Shown: positions 7,956-15,206 of the stretch, piece by piece
Layout: each line of letters begins with the position of its first letter
Position numbering within the stretch: position 1 is the stretch's first letter
Origin: Acaryochloris marina MBIC11017
GTDB taxonomy: Bacteria > Cyanobacteriota > Cyanobacteriia > Thermosynechococcales > Thermosynechococcaceae
Reading direction: 5' to 3'
NCBI RefSeq assembly: GCF_000018105.1
Contig: NC_009925.1
Location: forward strand, 1,350,001 to 1,382,000
Length of the DNA stretch: 32,000 nt
The notes under the pieces: generated by a model
The model's database searches: none
Told to the model about the DNA's origin: nothing
Seen by the model: only the letters and a program-made list of their open reading frames with translations
Program-made: the position numbers and the translations under genes

Positions 7956-9800
7956 ATGACCTATACAAGGAAGCCAGACATGGCTAATGAGACGCCGCTG
8001 CGCGATCCTGCTTATCAACTGTTTTTTCAAGAAGCATTAGAACTTTTACTGCAGATTGATACGACCTTACAAGAGGTTCTGCAAATTCCGAGTAAAACAT
8101 CCATTGATTTTTTACTGGAGATGACGCAGATCTTATATGAGGGAGCCCAATCCCTCAATCTCACTCAGTTAGCCCATCAGGTCCAAGCCTTTTCGAGCTT
8201 AATGCTGAATTTACAGCAAGATCCCTTGGGAACGACACCAGAGGATGCATATCAGTTGAGGCAAGCTTATAAAGAGATGCAAACCGCTTTAGAGGCTTAT
8301 ATCTCTGGTCCACCTGTCTTAGATATGTCTTCAAACCTCGATGCTTCTTCAGAACGAGAGTCTGCTTCCCATGGGTCTATTGCTTTAGACGTCGCAGAAG
8401 ATGAGTTAGCCACCAATGGTAATTTAATGCTGCCCGCAGGGGGGAGTGATGTTACCTCTTTAATCTTGATCTCTGATGTCGCGGAAATTTTGGATCAGCT
8501 GCAGCAGGTCTTGGTTAATCCCCAGGTATTTGACCTGGCGGCCGAGTTAAAAGCCTTGACAGAAGCATTATTGGGTTGGGGAGAAGTTTTAGAGCTCAAT
8601 GAATTGACCACGATTGCTCAATCGACCTTAGACATGTTGGACAGCAATCCCCAATCTGCGATTTCGATTGGTCAATTATCTTTGGCTGGCTTTCGAGCCG
8701 CCCATAAAACGGCTTTACAAGCATTGCAGGCTGACTCAGGTTCGCAGAATGCTGACCATCACCCACAAAGCTCGAAGAAGCTGGATCTTCCATCGAGTCC
8801 CACGGCCATGTCTCCCATGGCTGCCGAAATTCCCACTGCTGAGTCATTATCAGCGTCAGATGAAGTGATTTTAAATGCCACTCAGCTGTTTGTCTGGCAG
8901 CAAGAAAGGCTGCTCTTTACGATTCCATCCGAGGCGGTGGCAGAAATCCTCATTCCCAGGGCTGAACAGTTAATGGGCAATGAGCATCAGCGTTGTTTAA
9001 GTTGGCAGCAGCAGTTTATCCCGATTCATCCATTGGGGCATCTGCTCAATCGAGGGGAGTCTCATTGGCCCCGACTCACCGCTGCGGTCTTACCTGGACG
9101 TGGAGCCAATAGTGCGACGGTATTTGGCAGTTCTCCCTTGATCATTATTCATCAAGGGGGCCAAACCCTGGCCTTAGAAGTTGAAATCACCCGCTTAGTG
9201 ACGGAGTCAGAGCTGGTTCTGCAAATTCCGGAAGGACAGATCCATTGTCCTTATTTTTCTGGCGAGACGGCCTTGGAGTCGGAGCAGTACGGAGTGGTTG
9301 ATATTGCCGCCCTGCTCAATGAAATGTTGAATTTAAGTCCCCTGCCAATGCCCAAGGCAGTAAGGCTATCGAGTCCAGCAGTGTCTGTCAGTCCAAAGCC
9401 CAAACGCCCTCCCAAAGTTCCGAAGAAAACGCGATCGCAAACCACAATACTCGTAGTTGACGATTCCAAAATGGTACGCATGATGGTCAGCACGGCGCTG
9501 CAATCCGCTGGTTACGACGTCCTTGAGGCGGCTGATGGTCAATTAGCCATCGAACAGGTAGAGCGGGCAGATATTCAGCTGATTATTTGTGATGTAGAAA
9601 TGCCCAATATGAATGGGTTTGAGTTTCTAGAATATCGGTGCCGTCAGCCAGCCATAATGAACCTACCAGTGGTGATGCTCAGTACATGTAATAGTGACCA
9701 GCACCGACAATTAGCAACAACCTTGGGTGCTAACGCTTATCTGACAAAACCTTACGATGAATCCAATCTCTTAGCCACCTTACAAGCATTGGTGGGCTAA
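7956..9800 (+). CDS. CheA-remnant / CheV-like protein: two Hpt-like helical segments + CheW-like domain + receiver domain, no kinase core
   Basis: 614-aa ORF. An alternative ATG at 7980 is preceded by aagga. Aa ~15-118 and ~165-258 resemble Hpt four-helix bundles (FFQEALELLLQ..., LAHQVQAF). Aa ~305-458 are CheW-like (QLFVWQQERLLFTIPSEAVAEILIP ... GVVDIAALLNEML). Aa ~497-612 form a full REC (VVDDS, IICDVEMPNMNG, VVMLST, LTKPY). I could not see any HATPase N/G1/F/G2 boxes. Confidence 0.75.
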   Translation: MTYTRKPDMANETPLRDPAYQLFFQEALELLLQIDTTLQEVLQIPSKTSIDFLLEMTQILYEGAQSLNLTQLAHQVQAFSSLMLNLQQDPLGTTPEDAYQLRQAYKEMQTALEAYISGPPVLDMSSNLDASSERESASHGSIALDVAEDELATNGNLMLPAGGSDVTSLILISDVAEILDQLQQVLVNPQVFDLAAELKALTEALLGWGEVLELNELTTIAQSTLDMLDSNPQSAISIGQLSLAGFRAAHKTALQALQADSGSQNADHHPQSSKKLDLPSSPTAMSPMAAEIPTAESLSASDEVILNATQLFVWQQERLLFTIPSEAVAEILIPRAEQLMGNEHQRCLSWQQQFIPIHPLGHLLNRGESHWPRLTAAVLPGRGANSATVFGSSPLIIIHQGGQTLALEVEITRLVTESELVLQIPEGQIHCPYFSGETALESEQYGVVDIAALLNEMLNLSPLPMPKAVRLSSPAVSVSPKPKRPPKVPKKTRSQTTILVVDDSKMVRMMVSTALQSAGYDVLEAADGQLAIEQVERADIQLIICDVEMPNMNGFEFLEYRCRQPAIMNLPVVMLSTCNSDQHRQLATTLGANAYLTKPYDESNLLATLQALVG

Positions 9801-9861
9801 CAGCATTCGCCATTCTCTTCGGAGAATCGTTTGGTGTTCGGGGATAGATTCAGACTAGACG

Positions 9862-10083
9862 CTAGACAGACTCTATTTCATGCTCGCCCAAATGAATGCG
9901 AAGCTTCTTACTGAACTTAACGAGATAGGGATAATTGGCGCTCACTTCCCGCCCTTGCCAGTCCTTAATGACTTGAATCAGCTCGCCTTCAGTCCCCTTA
10001 ATGTCGAAGGGGTTATTTCGATGTTCAGGATGATGGTAAATAATGACTGATTCTTTGACGCGGACTTGATCGCCTACTTGCAT
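9862..10083 (-). CDS. ftrV: Ferredoxin-thioredoxin reductase variable (alpha) chain
   Basis: 73-aa ORF MQVGDQVRVKESVIIYHHPEH...WQGREVSANYPYLVKF. It closely follows the pattern I recall for cyanobacterial FtrV (VGDRVRV, VYHHPEH, WQGRPISAN, VKF). Confidence 0.85.
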   Translation of the reverse strand: MQVGDQVRVKESVIIYHHPEHRNNPFDIKGTEGELIQVIKDWQGREVSANYPYLVKFSKKLRIHLGEHEIESV

Positions 10084-10275
10084 AACTTAGCCGATTACTC
10101 TAAACAGGGGCATCAACTGCTTGCAAATCTCTAGAGAGAGTGCAGAACAATCTCTATTAATCTTTGCACAAGATGGACCGTTGATGACGAGGCAATGACA
10201 GGATCTTACGGTTAGTGCAACGCTGCAAAACCAGTCAAAGTAAGCCCCAATCAACCGATGAGCCCTTAGAGGGAT

Positions 10276-10289
10276 GTAACAGAAAATAC
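10276..10289. promoter_or_regulatory. NtcA-consensus-like palindrome GTAN8TAC in the divergent ftrV-moeA region
   Basis: The sequence reads GTAacagaaaaTAC. I could not place a convincing -10 box (TAN3T) at the expected ~22 nt in either direction. About 8 chance matches are expected per 32 kb. Confidence 0.2.
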
Positions 10290-10383
10290 TATTATTTTTT
10301 GCAAAATAAAGGTGGGTCAGCCTAACTTGTAGGGGCAACCACAGAAACCGCTCCCCTATCGTCATTGCGCCCAAAGGTATCTC

Positions 10384-11631
10384 ATGCTCTCAGTTGACCA
10401 AGCAGAGTCTCTTATCCTCAAAACGGCTCAACCCCTCGCAGATCAAGAAATCTCTACTCTCCTCAACGCGCAACAGCGCATTCTGGCCACAGATATTTCC
10501 AGTACATTGGATTTTCCCTATTGGGATAATTCGGCGATGGATGGGTATGCAGTGCGCTATGTAGATGTCCAAGCTTGTGGGCCTGATACTCCAGCTATCC
10601 TCGATGTGGTGACGGAAATACCCGCCGGGACGTGTCCCAGTCTCTCCTTAGCCCCTGGACAAGCGGCCCGCATCTTTACGGGGGCTATGGTGCCTCAGGG
10701 GGCAGATACAGTGGTGATGCAGGAGAATACCCTTCGGCAAGGTGACCAGGTTCATATCCTTCAATGCCCTCAACCCCAAGCCTTTGTCAGAAAGCGAGGT
10801 GCCTATTACCAAGCAGGAGCGCCAGTTTTAAAGCAAGGCATGACTTTAACGCCCCCAGATATCGCCATTTTGGCAACGGTTCAGTGCACAGAAATTCCTG
10901 TTTATCGTCGACCCGTGGTTGCGATTTTATCGACGGGTAATGAACTGGTTGCGCCGGATCAACCATTGGAGGCCGGACAAATTGTTGACTCCAATCGGTA
11001 TGCTTTGGCGGCTCTAGTACAGGCAACGGGAGCCGAAGTTCAGCTGATAGACCCCGTGGGGGACACAGTGGAGGATTTGAAAGCTGCGATCGCATCTACA
11101 ATTCTTCAGGCCGATATCGTTATTTCTTCTGGGGGAGTCTCGGTGGGAGATTACGATTATGTTGACCAAGTACTAGCAGAGTTAAATGCTGATATCTATA
11201 TTCGGTCTGTGGCCGTTAAACCCGGTAAACCTCTGACCTTTGCTACTTTCCCTGCTACAGGCGGAAACCAGCCTGTTCTCTATTTTGGTCTACCGGGAAA
11301 TCCAGTGTCCGCGTTGGTCAGCTTTTGGCGATTTGTGCAGCCTGCTCTCCGCAAAGTGTCCGGTCAGTCAGGCAGTTGGCGACCGCATTTTGTAAAGGCT
11401 AGAACTTTACACCCTTTACCTGCGGGAGGACGGAGAGAGATTTATCTCTGGGGGCAGTTGAGCCTAAACGACGGCCAATATGAATTTACCCTCGCTGGCG
11501 GAAGTCATAGCTCTGGAAATTTAATGAATCTATCCCAAACCAACGGTTTAGTCATGATTCCTGTTGATCATCCAGCAATGGAGGCTGGAGAGTCGGTATC
11601 GGTGATGCAGGTGGGGGAAGCCAGCACCTAA
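10384..11631 (+). CDS. moeA: Molybdopterin molybdenumtransferase MoeA
   Basis: 415-aa ORF with MoeA motifs: PYWDNSAMDGYAV, TGAMVPQGADTVVMQE, ILSTGNEL, SSGGVSVGDYDYV, VAVKPGKP, GLPGNPVSA. Confidence 0.9.
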   Translation: MLSVDQAESLILKTAQPLADQEISTLLNAQQRILATDISSTLDFPYWDNSAMDGYAVRYVDVQACGPDTPAILDVVTEIPAGTCPSLSLAPGQAARIFTGAMVPQGADTVVMQENTLRQGDQVHILQCPQPQAFVRKRGAYYQAGAPVLKQGMTLTPPDIAILATVQCTEIPVYRRPVVAILSTGNELVAPDQPLEAGQIVDSNRYALAALVQATGAEVQLIDPVGDTVEDLKAAIASTILQADIVISSGGVSVGDYDYVDQVLAELNADIYIRSVAVKPGKPLTFATFPATGGNQPVLYFGLPGNPVSALVSFWRFVQPALRKVSGQSGSWRPHFVKARTLHPLPAGGRREIYLWGQLSLNDGQYEFTLAGGSHSSGNLMNLSQTNGLVMIPVDHPAMEAGESVSVMQVGEAST

Positions 11632-11807
11632 GCCATCCCAGCAGGCTCGATCAAATGAGAAATAACCCTTGATTCATAGCAAATCAAAGACAACCATTGG
11701 CATTCTGGGGTCCTCAGTCTAAACTGTTGCCAAGCTGGCGCTATGTCTTGAGCAATAGGGGAGGTAGCCAGCAACTTGAGTACAAACTGTTTGCAGGAGT
11801 GATGGGC

Positions 11808-13136
11808 ATGGCCACTGCCATCAAAATAAAACCCAAAGACCGGGATGCCGTGATTCAGGCTCTGCAAGCGGGCGTGGTTCCCCGCAAAGGACAGCATCTG
11901 ATTCAAGTGGGGCGGGCTGAAGAAATTAAAGCCATTCTGCGAGATATTGAACGCATTGCCGAAGGCGGCGCAGCCATCCGTTTCATTATTGGTGAGTACG
12001 GCTCGGGGAAAACCTTTTTTATCAACTTAACCCGCACCATTGCCTTAGAGAAAAAGCTAGTGACAGCCCATGCGGACCTGACGCCAGATCGACGCTTGCA
12101 TGCCTCTAGTGGTCAAGCTCGGTCTTTGTATACAGAGCTTATGGCCAATCTTTCCACTCGAACCAAACCAGATGGCGGAGCCTTGCCCAGCGTGGTCGAA
12201 CGATTTGTGACCTCGGCGATGACCGAGGGGCGCGATCGCAAAGTCAATCCCGAAGATATTATCCGGGAGCGGTTAGCCCATCTCTCCGAATTCGTGGGTG
12301 GGTACGACTTTTCCGAAGTGATTGCCGCCTACTGGCGCGGCCATGATAGTGGCGATGATGCCCTAAAAGCCAATGCAGTCCGCTGGCTCCGAGGAGAATT
12401 TTCGACCAAAACCGAAGCTCGATCGGCATTAGGGGTCAGAACCATCGTCGATGACACCAACGTCTACGATCAGCTCAAGCTCTTTGCCCAACTCGTAAAG
12501 CTAGCTGGATATGACGGCTTTATGATTTGCTTGGATGAGCTGGTGAATCTCTACAAACTCTCAAATACCCAGGCCCGCAAAAGTAATTACGAACAAATTC
12601 TGCGAATCCTCAATGATTGTTTGCAGGGCACTGCCGGTCATTTAGGATTTATGTTTGGGGGCACCCCCGATTTCTTGATGGATACGCGTCGTGGCCTGTA
12701 CAGCTATCCTGCCCTGCAGACGAGATTGGCGGAAAATAGTTTTGCGGGGAATGGTCTTGTGGATTACAGTGGACCCGTTTTACGGTTAGCAAACCTGAGT
12801 CCCGAAGACCTATACGTGCTGCTGGGCAAAATTCGCCTGGTCTTTGCCGAAGGCAATATGAAGAAGTCTCGCCTTCCAGATCAGGGCATCCAGGCATTTA
12901 TGGCCCATTGCTCGGACTATATCGGTGAAGCGTACTTCCGCACCCCTCGCAATACCATTAAGGCCTTTGTCGATCTGTTAGCGGTACTAGAGCAAAATAC
13001 CCAAGTCTCTTGGAAAGATCTAATCACGAAGGTCAATATTGGCACCGATGTCAATGGAGGAGCCAGCCCTAAAGCCGCCTCTAAAAATGGAAAAAGAAGC
13101 CAAACCAATGATGATTTAGCTTCTTTTAAATTGTGA
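11808..13136 (+). CDS. DUF2791 / BrxD-like P-loop ATPase (stand-alone)
   Basis: The ORF track starts at TTG 11697. ATG 11808 sits 8 nt after aggag (11795-11799) and gives MATAIKIKPKDRDAVIQALQAGVVPRKGQHLIQVGR. That N-terminal pattern, Walker A GEYGSGKT (nt 11991-12014) and Walker B FMICLDE (DE at nt 12534-12539) match the DUF2791/BrxD family as I recall it. Confidence 0.7.
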   Translation: MATAIKIKPKDRDAVIQALQAGVVPRKGQHLIQVGRAEEIKAILRDIERIAEGGAAIRFIIGEYGSGKTFFINLTRTIALEKKLVTAHADLTPDRRLHASSGQARSLYTELMANLSTRTKPDGGALPSVVERFVTSAMTEGRDRKVNPEDIIRERLAHLSEFVGGYDFSEVIAAYWRGHDSGDDALKANAVRWLRGEFSTKTEARSALGVRTIVDDTNVYDQLKLFAQLVKLAGYDGFMICLDELVNLYKLSNTQARKSNYEQILRILNDCLQGTAGHLGFMFGGTPDFLMDTRRGLYSYPALQTRLAENSFAGNGLVDYSGPVLRLANLSPEDLYVLLGKIRLVFAEGNMKKSRLPDQGIQAFMAHCSDYIGEAYFRTPRNTIKAFVDLLAVLEQNTQVSWKDLITKVNIGTDVNGGASPKAASKNGKRSQTNDDLASFKL

Positions 13137-13167
13137 TGAGAGCTGCACCCCTTGAATAGCAGTTATT

Positions 13168-15042
13168 TTAGTAGCGAGTACCTGCTTTGCGGTGATGCAC
13201 TGCCGTTTTGACGTTAGAGCGTAATACCTCTCCATTCTTGACGGTGGCATAGATGACCCAGTGGTCTCCACATTCCATCCGGTTGGCCACTTCACACTCT
13301 AGGTAAGAGATGGAGTCTTTGAGAATCGGACTGCCATTGGCAGCTGTATCCGTCTCAATGCCTTGAAACCGATCTTCACCAGGGCCAAAGGGCTTGAGGA
13401 AATGCTTCATTGTCCGCTGATAGTTATCTTCCCCAAGAATATTGAGGACAAAGGTACTTTCAGTATGGAGTAATGACTCTACTGCTCGCTCCTTGGCTAC
13501 AGCAACGGTGAAGCCAGGAGGGTTAAAGGTGGCTTGAGAGACCCATGAAGCCAACATCCCACTCTCAACATCCCCTTGCTTAGCTGTCAGGATACAGAGG
13601 GAACCGACAATTCGTCCTACTGCCTGTTCCGTTGCCGTGGTCTGAGTGGCCACTTGAGCAGAGCCTTGCTTGCGGGTCTTAGCTTTCACCGCTTTCTTAA
13701 TTTTTTGGGCAAAGTCTGTCCCCGCTTCTTCACAGGTTTTAAGGGTGACATCGGTGGGCTTGAATTTCACCTTAATCGAGTCAAAACCAAAGCTGTAGCC
13801 TGCATCTCGCAGCTTGCCTTCTAGTAGGTCAATCGCTTCTCCACTCCAACCAAAAGACCCGAAGACACCTGTAGGCTTACTTTTGGGGACTGTAGACAAC
13901 AGGATACCTAGAGCCGTTTGAATTTGAGTTGGGGCATGGCCTCCTAGGGTAGGCGAACCAATAATAAAGCCTTCACAATTATCGGCAACAGCCTGAATAT
14001 CTTTGGGGCTAGCAGTTTCACAGTTAATCACTTGCACAGCGACACCCGCTTTGGTAATCCCGCGGGCAATGGCTTGACCAATGGTGGCAGTATTACCATA
14101 GGCAGATGCATAAAGAATCGCCACTGAACTGGTTTTCTTTTGCTGTTCCTCACTCCACTGTCGGTAGGTCCGAGTCAGCTCCTGTACACCATACCGAACA
14201 ATCGGGCCATGGTTGGGGGCATAGGTGCTAATCGCCAACGGGGCTAGCTTATCGAGCACCACCTCCACTTGGCGGGCATAGGGGGCTTTCAAACAATCAA
14301 AGTAATAGCGCCGATCTTCCCTCAGTTGGGTGGTGTTATGGTCAAAAGCATCCTCGCTACAAAGATGAATGCCAAAGAATTTATCAGAGAATAAGGTGCG
14401 GGTAGCCGCATCATAGGTCAGTAAGCTATCGGGATAGCGAGGGGTAGAGGCCCGGACAAATTGCAGTCGGTGTCCTTGCCCTAGGTCCAAAGTTTTATCA
14501 CTAGCGCTACTTCTAACGATTTTGAGATTCAGTTCGTAGTCTGGCAATGCAGCTTTAAGGGCAGCCGCACCGGGATTGGAACAAACAATGGTGACATCGG
14601 GCGCTTTATCAAGGAGTACTTTCAGGGTTTCAGCCCGGTTGGCGTTGACATGACCCAGTACCAAATAATCCAGCGTTTGTAAATCAAAGTCAAAATTATC
14701 CAAATCAACAGACTGCTGGGTTACCCACCGGAGCTGATCCCACAGCCGACCGAAAATCGGTTTAAAAGCATTACTAGACTGGGCTGAGATGGCTTGTAGC
14801 TGTTGAAAAAAGATTTCTGTAAAAGATCCTCCTGGAGGGTCAATCAGGGCTGTTTTATCGCCTTTGATGATGTAGGTATTGGCGGTAGTTCCCCGTTCCA
14901 GGGCATATTCAATTTCAAATCGGAGGCGATTCCAACTACGCGATCGCAACGCCAATGTTCCAGGTGCAATAGGTACGACCTGAACATCTCTAGCTTTACC
15001 AGGTGCGGTCTGAGAGGGAGGAGTGAGGGTGGAAGGGGTCAT
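13168..15042 (-). CDS. flv1: Class C flavodiiron protein, FlvA-cluster (Flv1/Flv2-type, degenerate diiron ligands) with C-terminal flavin reductase domain
   Basis: 624-aa ORF with a metallo-beta-lactamase-like domain, a flavodoxin-like domain (AILYASAYGNT) and a flavin-reductase domain. The position of the HxExDH motif reads LGHVNANRAE, so the canonical ligands are replaced. I call it flv1 rather than flv2 only because no sll0218-like gene separates the pair. Confidence 0.78.
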   Translation of the reverse strand: MTPSTLTPPSQTAPGKARDVQVVPIAPGTLALRSRSWNRLRFEIEYALERGTTANTYIIKGDKTALIDPPGGSFTEIFFQQLQAISAQSSNAFKPIFGRLWDQLRWVTQQSVDLDNFDFDLQTLDYLVLGHVNANRAETLKVLLDKAPDVTIVCSNPGAAALKAALPDYELNLKIVRSSASDKTLDLGQGHRLQFVRASTPRYPDSLLTYDAATRTLFSDKFFGIHLCSEDAFDHNTTQLREDRRYYFDCLKAPYARQVEVVLDKLAPLAISTYAPNHGPIVRYGVQELTRTYRQWSEEQQKKTSSVAILYASAYGNTATIGQAIARGITKAGVAVQVINCETASPKDIQAVADNCEGFIIGSPTLGGHAPTQIQTALGILLSTVPKSKPTGVFGSFGWSGEAIDLLEGKLRDAGYSFGFDSIKVKFKPTDVTLKTCEEAGTDFAQKIKKAVKAKTRKQGSAQVATQTTATEQAVGRIVGSLCILTAKQGDVESGMLASWVSQATFNPPGFTVAVAKERAVESLLHTESTFVLNILGEDNYQRTMKHFLKPFGPGEDRFQGIETDTAANGSPILKDSISYLECEVANRMECGDHWVIYATVKNGEVLRSNVKTAVHHRKAGTRY

Positions 15043-15206
15043 AAATCTATCCGTCTAACTGCGAGGATGAACTAGATTGAAATTGAGCTAAAAACTGCTG
15101 CACAGCTTGAGGGGGCTGGAGTTTCCCTGCTCCACAACCTCCGATAATGGCAACCTGTTGCACGGGCTAAGCCTCAAGATGTGTCACAACTGCTGGGGAA
15201 TAGTCC

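Noticed and set aside
10087-10374. 95-aa minus-strand ORF filling the ftrV-moeA divergent spacer
   Set aside because: It has a TTG start and a Cys-rich, random-looking sequence. It occupies exactly the region where two divergent promoters must lie. No family was recognised.
10084-10383. Possible molybdenum-cofactor (Moco) riboswitch upstream of moeA
   Set aside because: Only a 6-bp stem (tagggg 10330-10335 / ccccta 10353-10358) is visible. I could not see the conserved Moco-motif core, and the motif is not known to me from cyanobacteria. An Rfam RF01055 covariance search would settle it.
11808-13136. Calling the region a BREX/Pgl defence locus because of the BrxD-like ATPase
   Set aside because: No PglZ, PglX methyltransferase, BrxC, BrxA/B/L or helicase genes occur anywhere in the window. 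The neighbours are moeA and flv1.
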